Shown here: piece after piece, positions 23,295 through 36,082 of the stretch
How the letters are laid out: every line of letters starts with the position of its first letter
Numbering within the stretch: position 1 is the first letter of the stretch
Source: Sphaerodactylus townsendi
Taxonomy: Eukaryota
Assembly: GCF_021028975.2 (NCBI RefSeq)
Contig: NC_059439.1
Coordinates: 19,902,001 to 19,966,000, forward strand
Length of the DNA: 64,000 nt
Direction: 5' to 3'
The notes under the pieces: model-generated
Seen by the model: only the letters and a program-made list of their open reading frames with translations
Databases searched by the model: none
Told to the model about the DNA's origin: nothing
Made by a program: the position numbers and the translations under genes

Positions 23295-24373
23295 GTAGGC
23301 AAAAGATGTATTCTAGGCATAAATATTGTTACAATCATTTTCACCTTTTTAGTAAATAAGATGTATGTGAAATCATGTTATCCTGAAGAAGTTCCTCTTT
23401 GGACATCGCCCCCCCCAGGAATGTTGTCCGATTATTTGGAGTGAAACTTAGGAAGGCTGGAATTCAGTTTTATTGCCTTATTAATGGAAGAGACAACAAG
23501 CCAAAAGAGCAGACGGAAATTCCAGCTCTGTGTCAAACTAGCAAATTTGATTTTAAGGTGAAGGGCAGGTATGTAAGGAAATCATGGTGTGTGCATTTTT
23601 GAAAGTATAAGAAGAGAGGTCTTTTGTCTGGTTGGGTGTGACACTCTCAGAGACAGAGAGAGAGCTACCACCCTGTATGTTAGATGATGGATCTCACAGC
23701 AGTAAAAAATATTTTCCTCTCTTAAAACCTGTGGTCTTTGGGCATTCTTTTTCTTCACCCATCTTTTAAACCGTAACTGAGCTAGGTTAGGTTGAATTCT
23801 CACCCCACAATACAATGCTGAGGTCCTTCCCCTACCCAGACTCCCCCGCCCCCCAGAATATCCAGGATTTTCTTAACCCAGAGTTGGCAACTTTTGACTT
23901 GAGCAGTAAACCTCGTCTAGCAACATTCTCTCCCATGTGTGTTATATCTAAACTATATCATAGTTAGGACCTCGAAATTCCCTGCGCCTGTTTCGGGATT
24001 TTTTAGTTTAAATTTTTTATTATTTAGTGACACACATTAGCCAAAAGAAAAAAAGATACAAAAAAGACATCACCGCGAAAAACGAAACTTGATGAAGGGA
24101 AACATCAATAGAACAAAATTAATTATGTTACACTTTTCAATGTATTTTGTTGTTTACACAGTTAAAGAAGATTTTTTTTTTAATGCTTTGTTGAAGCCTA
24201 AGCCTTGGATGCTGTATTAAATCACGCCTTTCTCGGCGCCATAAAGCTAGAGAAGGTTTTAATATTTTTTAAACTGTTTTAAATGATCTCAGTGTTTCTA
24301 AATGGAGCTATTTTGGTCATGTGTTAAGAACATAAGAACTAGCCTGCTGGATCAGATGAGAGTCCATCTAGTC

Positions 24374-24823
24374 CAGGGGTAGGGTACCTGCTTGACTCGA
24401 GCCACACATGTTGCCTCTTCTGCCCTTTGCACTGTGGCTCCCGCGTGCCGAAGCTGTCAAGTCTCCATCGCTTGCCCATCCTGTGGTAGCAGGGCGGGAG
24501 GCATTCAACTGCCCACGGTCGGTTACGCTGCTGGCATGTTTCCTCTCGCCCCCCCCCCCATTGAAGCTGGTGGGCTTTCTGGTGGTCGGCAAGGCTGCTG
24601 CTAGCTTCATCGCTTGTCAGTCCTCCGGGTGGCAGGGTGGTGTGCAAATCCATGCTTTCAGAATGAGAAAGCGGAGTAAAGGTAAAAAAACAACTCTATA
24701 TATATAGTGTTATCTTTATTTTTTGAAATGTCAAAAAAATTATTTGCGGCTCCAAGTGTTTTTTTTTCCCCGTGGAAAACGGGTCCAAATGAGCTCTTTG
24801 AGTGTTAAAGGTTCCCACCCCTG
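24374..24823. mobile_element. hAT-type MITE private to unit A, inserted in a CR1 tail
   Basis: TIRs CAGGGGTAGGG / CCCACCCCTG; perfect TSD atctagtc; empty site in unit B near 32099-32106. Confidence 0.88.
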
Positions 24824-25517
24824 ATCTAGTCCAGCACTCTCTGCCACCAAGAGTGGCCCCACCAGGTGCCCGTGGGGATTCACATTATGGGAAACATCAG
24901 GAGCCAACCGAGTGTGATAGGGAAGGGGCTGCCTACAAGTCCGATAGATAAATTAACATAATATTTCTCATGTGTCAACTTTGGCACAAGCAAAATAATA
25001 TTTAAAATGACATGATGAAACAGAAGATGAGTTTTCAGAGCGTGGGCTGGCAAAAGACATAGACTCCAAATAGTGCAAAACATCTGCAATCCCTTTATTT
25101 TTCTTGCCACTCTAATTTGATTTGTGAATTTGTCCAACAGTCAGATTCCACACATTTGTAGGAGATGATGATGTAAGCTGTTTTGGGCCCTCGTTGGGGA
25201 GAAAAGTAGGTTTTAAATATCTAAATAAGTTGGGGAATCCACAGATGAGCACCACCTTGCACAGGTAGAATCGCCTTCTGCTCCTACAAGGGACAGCTTT
25301 GGATCCCAACCAATTTATCTTGGGAAACCATCTGCCCCAGGGTGTGACTCATTGAGGTGGGATGGAGATCCCAGCATCCTGGTTTGCTGAAGCAATTGTA
25401 GTGGGCTTCACCTTTTACCAGCCACCCCCAAGATCATCCTTTCATCCCGCAAATTATGGGTGAACATTCATTACAATTCATTAAACAGTTTTTCAAAACC
25501 ACACAGCAGCAGCAGCA

Positions 25518-25821
25518 GAAGAAGAAGAGTTTGGATTTATATCCCCCCCCCCCCTTTCTCTCCTGTAAGGAGACTTAAGGTGGCTTGCAAGCTCCTTTCC
25601 CTTCCTCTCCCCACAACAAACACCTGGTGAAGTAGGTGGGGCTGAGAGAGTTCTGAAGAACTGTGACTAGTCCAAGGTCACCCAGCAGGAATGTAGGAGT
25701 GTAGAAACACATCTGGTTCACCAGAAAAGCCTCTCCACCCACTCAGGTGGAGGAGTGGGTATTCAATCCCAGTTCTCCAGATGAGAATCCACCAGCTCTT
25801 AACCATTACACCACACTGCTC
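25518..25821 (-). mobile_element. Squam3-like SINE (unit-B copy at about 32787-33088)
   Basis: Same family. Confidence 0.8.
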
Positions 25822-26827
25822 TTACGGGCATAACAGCTGCAAACCCAGACAGAATCATGACTACAATTGATATTTCCAGCTTCTTCTGTGTGGGATGGAA
25901 GGGTTCATACATACCTATGATATCAAATGTCAGGAGTGTACCTCAGCCACAATTTCTGCAGTGAGTCCTTCTTCAGTTCTGTGCTGGCTGTACTGTTAGA
26001 TCCTACTGAGGTACAATGCAGACTGTAACGAACCAGAATTCTCCTCTTCTGGAGTCTTCTACAGCTCTTTAGGTTGGATCCAGCCAACCTTGCTTGTTGT
26101 GAAAAAGAAAGGAGGGTCTCCTTTTGACCTCCCCCCAAATGCTATGTTAGGAATCACAAGAACTGCATGTTGTGGGGAACAGAGCAACAACAAGGAAAAG
26201 AACTGGGTCGGACGGAGTAAAATATCTGGCTGGTTCCTGCCCATGGATTCATATGCTGCACAAGATAATTGTTGTCATTGCACTGCCAAGAATTGGGAAG
26301 GAAGCAGCAACTTTTCATAAAGAATTAAAGGGAAGGTGTTTCCTCGGTTGGACTCCAGCTCTGCCCCATGGCTTACTTTGACTGGTATGCAAGCAAGGAG
26401 ATTTACTCAGATAACGTTAAAGAATATTTGAGCTGTTGCCAATGAACATATTGTGCCTAGAAGATAATTGAGTTGCAGTTCCTATTCTCCAGTGGAAAAT
26501 TAACTATGAAGTCTCTTGGGTTACAAACGGCAGGGCCAAAAGTTTTTGAAGTCAACTCAGATTTGTGCCAAAGGTCCAGTTTAAAGGGATTAGATTCTAC
26601 AACCCCATCCTGCTAAACTGGATCGTAAGATTTTTTTGCAACCAAGCCTTTGTCCAATGGCTTTTTGCAATAGGGAAAGATTTCCTTGGATGGAAGAACT
26701 TATTATTATTGGTTGATTTCAGTCAATGATGATAATAATAAGTTCTTCATTATTATCATTATTGATTGACTTCACAGCTGCCAGTTCTTTAGCTGGGTGT
26801 TGGCCTTTCATTACAATTCCAGTCTCC

Positions 26828-27109
26828 TGGAACCTCTACATAACAGCCGAACAGGGGTTTTGGGTACTGCAGCTGCATGAAGGAGAGTACACAGTCTCAA
26901 CTACCCCTTTCACCAACCTTTTCTTGTGGAAGTCACCACATAGAATCAGAGTGCATCTGGACTACGACCGTGGCATCCTCTCCTTTTATGATGGTGACTC
27001 CATGGAGCACCTCTTTAGCTTCAACTATCCATTTTCCGAAAGGATGTTTCCCTTTTTTCAGGTCTGGGATACTGAGATCCCCTTGCAAATATGCCCCAGT
27101 GATTCCTAG
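26828..27109 (+). pseudogene. Duplicated 3' half of the SPRY exon (truncated B30.2 copy)
   Basis: Near-identical to 17862-18143; from LYITAEQ onward the only amino-acid difference is SPQR vs SPHR. Lacks PRY and the first SPRY strands; begins at the tandem-duplication junction. Confidence 0.88.
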
Positions 27110-27264
27110 GAATAACATAATCAAGTCATTGCCAAAGGCTTTCATGGACGGAAACAACTGAGTGTTGTGGGTTTCCCGGGCTGCATCGGATGGCTTTTGC
27201 TCCTGTTTCACCTGCATCTATGGTTGGCATCTCCAGAGTCATGTCATAATAAGATGGGCTATGA

Positions 27265-27410
27265 CAGTGGTGGCGAACCTTTGGCACTCCAGATGTGGTG
27301 GACTACAATTCCCATCAGCCCCTGCCAGCATGGTCAATTGGCCATGCTGGAAGGGGCTGATGGGAATTGTAGTCCATAACATCTGGAGTGCCAAAGGTTC
27401 GCCACCACAG
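27265..27410. mobile_element. Short palindromic hAT MITE
   Basis: CAGTGGTGGCGAACC.../...GGTTCGCCACCACAG; TSD ggctatga. A garbled counterpart lies at about 18299-18446. Confidence 0.85.
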
Positions 27411-27924
27411 GGCTATGAGGAGAAATACATCTTATCGTGACCTGAAGAGATGCAGGTGAGATAGTAGGGGGAGGTGAGATAGTAGGAGCAAAAACTACCA
27501 AGCTATTATATGTAGTCAGTATAATAGTGAGAGGAGAGTTGCCACCACAGAAATCCTTCCAGTTCCTTCCAACCCTATGAAAACTCAGTAGGGTTTCTGA
27601 TAATGGTAATATTGGAGCATGTATGTAGAAACTGTCCTGAGTCCTGCTTTCTTGGGGGAAAGGCAGGATAAAATCTCAAAACTAAAATAAACTATTGATT
27701 AGCAGTCCCTCTTGTCTTATGTTATGCACAAAGTTTTTGAATGTACTATTCATTGCTGCAAATCACTGTGCGGAATAATTACAGGGATATGTGGACCAGC
27801 CCGTATATCACAACTCTATGGCCCCTTCTGCACAGGCAGAATAATGCACTTTCAATCCACTTTCAATGCACTTTGAAGCTGTGCGGAAAAGCAAAATTCA
27901 CTTGCAAATTCACTATTATAAAGA

Positions 27925-27967
27925 TCCTCTGAAGATGCCAGCCACAGATGAAGGCGAAACGTCAGGA
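27925..27967 (+). ncRNA. Minimal hammerhead ribozyme motif in a Penelope terminus (27921-28050)
   Basis: tcctCTGAAGAtgcc...ggcGAAACGTCagga with an intact core. The unit-A counterpart near 19110-19150 is damaged. Confidence 0.72.
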
Positions 27968-29311
27968 GAGAATGCTGCTAGAACACGGCCATACAGCCCG
28001 GAAACCACACAGCACCCCAGTGATTCCAGCCGTGAAAGCCTTCGACAATAAATTGTGAATGTGAATTGGAAGTGCATTATTCTGCATGTGCGGAAGGGGT
28101 ATATGCCTGTCTCTTTAGAAGTAAATCCCACTGTTTTTGACATCATACTAGAATTTATAGTTTAGACTCATTCTGTTAGGCTTAACATGTTTAAAAGAAA
28201 CTGGTAGTTTGAGGATGTGCCCAGCAATGATAGCCTTAGTTCTACATCAAAAATATTTTGGTCTGTTCATGTAAAAGTCAATTTTATTATAAATATACAA
28301 ATAAGTAAACACATAATATTTTATCATTTTTTTCTTCTAAGATTGAAATATATCTTGTCAAAATATTTTAGAGCTAGATTTCTGTCAGTAGCACATTAGA
28401 GACCAACAAAATTTTCAAAATATAATCTTTCAAGAGTCAAAAATTTCCTTTAAGAACAGAATGCTAGATGGGATAAAAGAAGATAGAGGGCTCTCTCTCA
28501 AAGTGGTATTACATTTATATGTTAATTTATTAAAGTATCAAGTTCCATTCGGTTGTTGTGTTTTATTTTCATGGTTAGGTAATTTACCTGTTTATAATTG
28601 TTGTGGGTTTTTTGTTTTCCTGTTTATCTTTTTCTTCCCTATATTTTGAGAAAATAAGTATATTTTTATGCAAAAGCAACTCAGCATCCCTGCGTATCTT
28701 TATGTCGTCATTGTGCAACTCTCTTATTTAAGAATCTCTTTGTATACCTTTTTTAAACCCATCAATCCCTCATTCGTCATCAGTACACCTAAAAAAAACC
28801 ACATTTGTTCCAAGGTAAGTATGCACAGAATGGCACCCTGACAGAGCCATGCTATGCAGTGCTACACTGTTCTTGAGTCCATTGACATCAACAGTCTTAG
28901 AAAAGCAACACTCTATTTAGGAGGACACTAGCCAACCCTCCCACAATCAATAAGAAGAAGAGGAGGAGTTTGGATTTATATCCCCACTTTCTCTCCTGTA
29001 TGGAGACCCAAAGGGTTTTACAATCTCCTTTCCCTCCCCCCCCCCACAACAAACACCCTGTGAGGCGGGTGGGGCTGAGAGAGCTCCAAAGAACTGTGAC
29101 TAGCCCAAGGTCACCCAGCTGCCATGTGTTGGAGTGCGCAAGCTAATCTGGTTCACCAGGTAAGCCTCCACAGCTCCAGTGGCGGAGCAGGGAAACAAAC
29201 CTGGTTCTCCAGAATAGAGTGCACCTGCTCTTAACCTCTACACCACGCTGGAAAACTCTGTCCACTTCACCCAACCACAGTGTTACAAATGCACAGATTG
29301 ATCATTGCCTT

Positions 29312-30241
29312 TCATTGCCGCCTCCTTCTGATTTTAGACAAGGCACCTTTGACTTCCTTGTTCCTGAGGCTGTAAATGAGAGGATTGAGCATGGGTGTAA
29401 CCACTGCATAAAAGAAAGCAAGCATCTTGTCACGGTTGGACACAGAGTTGCCTTTGGGACTCAAATAAGCAAAGATAGCTGTGCCATAGCAGAGGGTGAC
29501 CACGGTCAAGTGGGAGGTGCACGTGGAGAAGGCTCGGTGCCGGCCTTCTGAAGAGCGGATGCGCAAGATGGCTCCGATGATATACACATAGGAAAGCATG
29601 ACTAGAATACAGGGGATCAACAGCACAAGGACGCCAGCCACCATCAGTGAAATATCATTGACGAAAGTGTCCGAGCATGACAGCTTGACCACAGCCAGGA
29701 CTTCACACACAAAGTGATTGATGGTGTTGAGGTGGCAAAAGTGAAGGCACATGGTGAACGCAGTCTGCACCCCGGCATTGAGGAAGCCAACGAACCAGGA
29801 AGCGATTGCCAGTTGGATGCACACTCTCGGGCTCATGATGACCTTGTAATGCAAGGGGTGGCAGACGGCGACGTATCTGTCGTAGGCCATGGCTGCCAAC
29901 AGGATGAACTCAGTGCTGCCCAGGAACAAAGAGATGTAGAGCTGGGCCATGCATTGGTCAAAAGAGATAGTTTTGTGGCTGGTCAGGCAGTGGGCCAGCA
30001 ACTGGGGTACCACACTTGTTGTGTAGCAGATGTCCAGGAAAGAGAGGTTGCTCAGGAAAAAGTACATAGGGCTGTTGAGCCGGGGATCGATGCGGATGGC
30101 TGTTATGATGAGCGCATTGCCTGCCAGGGTGATGAGATACATGAAGAAAACCACCCCAAAGAGCCATAGATTAGTTCCTCGCACTCGAGAGAATCCCAAA
30201 AACACAAACTCTTGGACGCTTGTCTGATTGGGGGGTCTCAT
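29312..30241 (-). CDS. Olfactory receptor, class II (family 2-like, OR2D/OR2F-type), intact 309 aa
   Basis: Intronless 7TM ORF with GN, LNSPMYFFLSNLS, MAYDRYVAVCHPLHY, KLSC, RAFSTCTSHLTVV and PMLNPLIYSLRNKEVK. N-glycosylation site NQT. Confidence 0.96.
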   Translation of the reverse strand: MRPPNQTSVQEFVFLGFSRVRGTNLWLFGVVFFMYLITLAGNALIITAIRIDPRLNSPMYFFLSNLSFLDICYTTSVVPQLLAHCLTSHKTISFDQCMAQLYISLFLGSTEFILLAAMAYDRYVAVCHPLHYKVIMSPRVCIQLAIASWFVGFLNAGVQTAFTMCLHFCHLNTINHFVCEVLAVVKLSCSDTFVNDISLMVAGVLVLLIPCILVMLSYVYIIGAILRIRSSEGRHRAFSTCTSHLTVVTLCYGTAIFAYLSPKGNSVSNRDKMLAFFYAVVTPMLNPLIYSLRNKEVKGALSKIRRRRQ

Positions 30242-31620
30242 CGCAGAGCTGAATGAGAGGAAGCAGAATGGAAGTATAACGCCTGGCTGGTTCCTTGTGA
30301 TTCGAATAGGGTTGCCAATCTCCTGGTGGGATCTGGAAACCTCCTGGAATTACAGCTGATCTTCAGAAGACCAAGATCAGTTTCCTTGGAGAAAATGGCA
30401 GCTTCAGAGGGGGGGACTTCATGGCATCACACTATGGGAACAGGAAAATAGGCTTGAATATTATATTTGATACAAAAGAATAAGGGATCTATATAAACTG
30501 AAAATCAAGGAGTCTCTCTCTCTCAGTAGTAAAAAGTAACTGGTCAGAAAGTTAAAAAGCAGGGAAGATCTTATCATATCACTAAGGCTGATTCCGCACA
30601 CGCAAAATAAGCACTTTTAAGCTGCTTTCAGGGCTCTTTGAAGCTGTGCGGAATGGTAAAATCCACTTGCAAACAGTTGTGAAAGTGGTTTGAAAACGCA
30701 TTATTTTGCGTGTGCGGAAGGGGCCCTACAGTCCTAAAGGCATCCTCGGTCAAATAAGAGGGACTAAGATAATAAACACAGAAAGGAAGTTGTCAAAGGT
30801 TAGAGGAGAGATAAATCTAATCAGATAATTAAAATGTGTTTTTCTATAGTTTAATGAACTCTGAAATGATAGTGAATATGAAAGGTAGGCAAAAGATGTA
30901 TTCTAGGCATAAATATTGTTACAATCATTTTCACCTTTTTAGTAAATAAGATGTATGTGAAATCATGTTATCCTGAAGAAGTTCCTCTTTGGACATCGTC
31001 CCCTTCAGGAATGTTGGAAACTGATTATTTGGATTGGAACCAGGAAGGCTGGAATTAGTTTTATTGCCTTATTAATGGAAGAGACAACAAGCCAAAGAGC
31101 AGAGGGAAATTCCAGCTCTGTGTCAAACTAGCAAATTTGATTTTAAGGTGAAGAGCAGGTATGTAAGGAAATCATGGTGTGTGCATTTTTGAAAGTATAA
31201 GAGAGGTCTTTTGTCTAGTTGGGTGTGACTCTCTCAGAGACAGAGAGAGAGCTCACCCTGGGTTAGATGATGGATCTACGCAGTATAAAAATATTTTTTT
31301 TTCTCTTAAAACCTGTGTCTTGGGCATTCTTTTCTTCACCCATCTTTTAAACCGTAACGGAGCTGGGTTAGGTTGAATTCTCACTCCACAATACAATGCT
31401 GAGGTCCTTCCCCTACCCAGACTCCCCCCCCCCCCCAGAATATCCAGGATTTTCTTAACCCAGAGTTGGCAACTTTTGACTTAAGCAGTAAACCTCATCT
31501 AGCAACATTCTCTCCCTATGTGTGTTATATCTAAACTATATCATAGTTAGGACCTCGAAATTTCCTCGCCTGTTTCGGGGATTTTTAGTTTAATTTTTAT
31601 TATTTAGTGACACGTTAGCC

Positions 31621-31768
31621 CAGGGGTAGGGAACCTGTGGCTCTCCAGATGTTCAGGAACTACAATTCCCATCAGCCCCTACCAACATGGCCAATTGGCC
31701 ATGCTGACAGAGGCTGATGGGAATTGTAGTTCCTGAACATCTGGAGAACCGCAGGTTCCCTACCCCTG
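31621..31768. mobile_element. Short palindromic hAT MITE private to unit B
   Basis: CAGGGGTAGGGAACC / GGTTCCCTACCCCTG; perfect TSD cgttagcc; empty site in unit A near 24035-24042. Confidence 0.9.
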
Positions 31769-34156
31769 CGTTAGCCAAAAGAAAAAGATAAGCAAAAAAA
31801 CATCACTGCAAAACGAAACGATTTAGTGAAACAATAGAACAAAAATTAATATTTACAATTTTCAATGTATTTTGTTTTACAGTTAAAGAAGATGTTTTAA
31901 TGCTTTGTTGCCTAAGCCTGGATGCTGTATTAAATCATTTCTTTCCCAGTGCCGTAAAGTTAGAAGGTTTTAATATTTTTAAACTGTTTTAAATGATCTC
32001 AGTGTTTCTAAATGGAGCTATCTACCGGTTATGTTTTAAACGATTTTGGTCATGTGTTAAGAACATAAGAACTAGCCTGCTGGATCATACCAGAGTCCAT
32101 CTAGTCCAGCACTCTGCTACTCGCAGTGGCCCACCAGGTGCCTGTGGGAGCTCACATTATGGAAACATTGTGAGCCACCCGGAGCATGTTGGGAAGGGGC
32201 TGCCCACAAGTCTGATAGATAAATTAACTAAATATTTCTCATGTGTCAACTTTGGCACAAGCAAAATAATATTTAAAATGACATGATGAAACAGAAGATG
32301 AGTTTTCAGAGCGTGGGCTGGCAAAAGACATAGACTCCAAATAGTGCAAAATATCTGCTATCCCTTTATTTTTCTTGCCACTCTAATTTGATTTGTGAAT
32401 TTGTCCAACAGTCAGATTCCACACATTTGTAGGAGATGATGATGTAAGCTGTTTTGGGCCCTCGTTGGGGAGAAAAGCAGGCTTTAAATATCTAAATAAG
32501 TTGGGGAATCCACAGATGAGCACCACCTTGCACAGGTAGAATCGCCTTCTGCTCCTACAAGGACAGCTTTGGATCCAACCAATTTATCTTGGGGGGGGGG
32601 GAAACTATCTGCCCCAGGTGTGACTGATGTGGGATGGAGATCCCAGCATCCTGGTTTGCTGAAGCAATTGTAGTGGCCTTCACCTTTTACCAGCCTCCCC
32701 CAAGATCATCCTTTCATCCCGCAAATTATGGGTGAACATTCATTACAATTCATTAAACAGTTTTTCAAAACCACACAGCAGCAGCAGAAGAAGAAGAGTT
32801 TGGATTTATATCCCCCCCCCCTTTCTCTCCTGTAAGGAGACTTAAGGTGGCTTGCAAGCTCCTTTCCCTTCCTCTCCCCACAACAAACACCTGGTGAAGT
32901 AGGTGGGGCTGAGAGAGTTCTGAAGAACTGTGACTAGTCCAAGGTCACCCAGCAGGAATGTAGGAGTGTAGAAACACATCTGGTTCACCAGAAAAGCCTC
33001 TCCACCCACTCAGGTGGAGGAGTGGGTAATCAATCCCAGTTCTCCAGATTAGAATCCACCTGCTCTTAACCACTACACCACACTGCTCTTATGGGCATAA
33101 TAGCTGCAAACCCAGACAGAATCATGACTACAATTGATACTTCCAGCTTCTTCTGTGTGGGATGAAGGGTTCATACATACCTATGATATCAAATGTCAGG
33201 AGTGTACCTCAGCCACAATTTCTGCAGTGAGTCCTTCTTCAGTTCTGTGCTGGCTGTACTGTTAGATCCTACTGAGGTACAATGCAGACTGTAACGAACC
33301 AGAATTCTCCTCTTCTGGAGTCTTCTACAGCTCTTTAGGTTGGATCCAGCCAACCTTGCTTGTTGTGAAAAAGAAAGGAGGGTCTTCTTTTGACCTCCCC
33401 CCAAATGCTATGTTAGGAATCACAAGAACTGCATGCCAAAAGCCGTGGGGAACAGGGCAACAACAAGGAAAAGAACTGGGTCGGACGGAGTAAAATATCT
33501 GGCTGGCTCCTGCCCATGTATTCATATGCCCCACAAGATAATTTCTGTCATTGCACTGCCAAGAATTGGGAAGGAAGCAGCAACTTTTCATAAAGAATTA
33601 AAGGGAAGGTGTTTCCTCGGTTGGACTCCAGCTCTGCCCCATGGCTTACTTTGACTGGTATGCAAGCAAGGAGATTTCATCACAGATAACGTTAAAGAAT
33701 ATTTGAGCTGTTGCCAATGAACATATTGTGCCTAGAAGATAATTGAGTTGCAGTTCCTATTCTCCAGTGGAAAATTAACTATGAAGTCTCTTGGGTTACA
33801 AACGGCAGAGTCAAAAGTTTTTGAAGTCAAAGGTCCAGTTTAAAGGGATTAGTGGGCTGGATTCTTCAACCCCATCCTGCTAAACTGGATCATAAGATTT
33901 CTTTTAAACCAAGCCTTTGTCCAATGGCTTTTTGCAATAGGGAAAGATTTCCTTGGATGGAAGAACTTATTATTGGTTGATTTCAGTCAATAATGATAAT
34001 AATAAGTTCTTCATTATTATCATTATCGATGGATTTCACAGCTGCCAGTTCTTTAGCTGGGTGTTGGCCTTTCATTACAATTCGAATCTCACCCAGTGGC
34101 CTAGGAAGTTGTAATGCCTCGGCGTAGTATTCATGCGGATGCCAGGAAGACTGCCT

Positions 34157-34409
34157 NNNNNNNNNNNNNNNNNNNNNNNNNNNNNNNNNNNNNNNNNNNN
34201 NNNNNNNNNNNNNNNNNNNNNNNNNNNNNNNNNNNNNNNNNNNNNNNNNNNNNNNNNNNNNNNNNNNNNNNNNNNNNNNNNNNNNNNNNNNNNNNNNNNN
34301 NNNNNNNNNNNNNNNNNNNNNNNNNNNNNNNNNNNNNNNNNNNNNNNNNNNNNNNNNNNNNNNNNNNNNNNNNNNNNNNNNNNNNNNNNNNNNNNNNNNN
34401 NNNNNNNNN
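34157..34409. other. Assembly gap
   Basis: Run of N. Confidence 1.
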
Positions 34410-34905
34410 CATCCCCGAGGGGCTCTGGGTGGTGCACAGCAATATCAGTATGTATACAATGTATAACAAGGGTCACAATAGTGACCATATTTACTAAAAT
34501 CCATTAAAAACCATTAAAAACCATTTAAATAGTTGTCAAAACAATAATAACGGCGTCCTGTAACCCAATTCATTAAAACCTCCCCAGAAGGAGGGAGCGG
34601 CTGGACTCCTCCCTAAAAAGATAACAAATATATATACAAGAATGGAATTGTAAAAAATAAGGGAGCAAAGAAGCAAAGCAAAGGAGGGGGGGCGCACCTC
34701 AGCGACTGGACACTCCAAAGGCCCAGCGGAACAGCTCAGTCTTACAGGCCCTGCGGAATTCACCAAGGTCCCGCAGGGCCCGGACAGCTGGAGGAAGAGT
34801 GTTCCACCAGGCCGGGGCCAGGGCCGTAAAGGTCCTGGCCCATGTGGAGGCCAGCTGCATCATTGAGGGGCCAGGAACCACCAGCAAATTGGCCTCTGCC
34901 GAGTG
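34410..34905 (-). mobile_element. L2-clade LINE 3' end
   Basis: RTFTALAPAWWNTLPPAVRALRDLGEFRRACKTELFRWAFG is the usual L2 ORF2 end. Related tails at about 13255-13400 and 55950-56040. Confidence 0.75.
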
Positions 34906-36082
34906 CAGATGTTAATTTTGTCAATTTGAAGATGTTTCAAGTACTGCCCTAGCATTTTTGGAATGGCGCCCAGAGTGCCAGTTACCACTGGGATACCTCA
35001 GCTGGTCTATGCCATAGACACTGAAGCTCGATTTTCAAATCATGGTATTTAGTGACCTTCTCATATTCTTTTTCAATGGCTGTTGTTCCCATCCACACAT
35101 ACCAATACATACCATACCATACCAATACATACATGCAAATTAAGCATGGTGCCCTTATTCAGATGTAAGTAATAAAAAAATGGAACGTCCACAATACTAT
35201 ATCACAATAATCACGCCGCACTTCTGGCTCTATTTCTTATTTAAGTCCTGTAAACAAGCCTTTTAAGACAGCACAATTCACATTTCATTAAAGAAACAGG
35301 ACTACATATTACGTGTATTAAAGGAACCAAATTCCAAGTTCATACAACCCTATTTTCATCTGATGTAGCCTTCACCATATCAATAGTCCAAAGAATTTCT
35401 TGTTTATAATCCATACATAGATGGTAGATATTGTAATCCATTCATTACAGGCTACGTTGGCAAGAACGCTTCGCACATAAACTGCGTTTTTTGTCTCCTG
35501 TGTTTTTCGTCTCCTGCGTTTTTCATCTCCTCCTTCAGTACCACAACCTTATGTGTAAATTTATCATAGACGTATCCAATGAGTAATATACTCTCTGTTA
35601 ACAGAGCTGAAAAACATCCCACTGCATCCATTTCTCAGGATGTGAAAAGGTTTGTTTACAAGACTTAAATAACAAATAGAGCCAGAAGTGTGGTCCTTAT
35701 TCAGATGACATGGTGACTGTGAATACTGACAGCATTGTAGTTATTCTGTGTGTAAATATATCACGTGAGGTATAAATCAGTGTCTAAATATATCACTCGA
35801 GATAGAAATCAGCAGATGTCGGACAGTTGTTCTTTTCAGATATTATGTCAGCACGTACCTAGTATATGCAGACATAATATCCAAAAAGAACAACTGTCAG
35901 ACACCTGCTGATTTATATCTCAAGTGATATATTTAGTGTTGCCAGCCTGTAGGTGTGACCTGGAGATCTTCCAGAAGTACAACTGATCTTCATGCTACAG
36001 AAATCAGTTCCTCGGAGAAAATGGCTTCTTTGGACGGTGGTCTTTATGGTATTCTAGCTCACTGAGGTCTTCCTCACTGAGG

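Larger units (their letters stand above)
21652..23809. mobile_element. Old solo-LTR-like element hosting nested insertions (unit A); unit-B copy at 30433-31390
   Basis: Ends (C/T)ATGGGAAC...CCACA with degenerate 4-bp TSD acac/atac, splitting another repeat. A homologous fragment lies at about 59180-59490. Confidence 0.55.
17862..26827 (+). repeat. Tandem segmental duplication, unit A
   Basis: Colinear with 26828-34083: SPRY 3' half, MITEs, SINE, OR, LTR, CR1 tail, SINE, ending ...ggcctttcattacaattc. Confidence 0.92.
26828..34083 (+). repeat. Tandem segmental duplication, unit B
   Basis: Second copy of 17862-26827. Lacks the insertions at 22165-23294 and 24374-24823 and carries a private MITE at 31621-31768. 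Confidence 0.92.

Noticed and set aside
29714-30169. Antisense and shifted-frame ORFs over the OR genes (also 21081, 36875, 37237, 48583)
   Set aside because: By-products of GC-rich OR codon usage.
34075-34507. ORFs spanning N runs (also about 40220-40582 and 54429-54791)
   Set aside because: Artefacts of assembly gaps.
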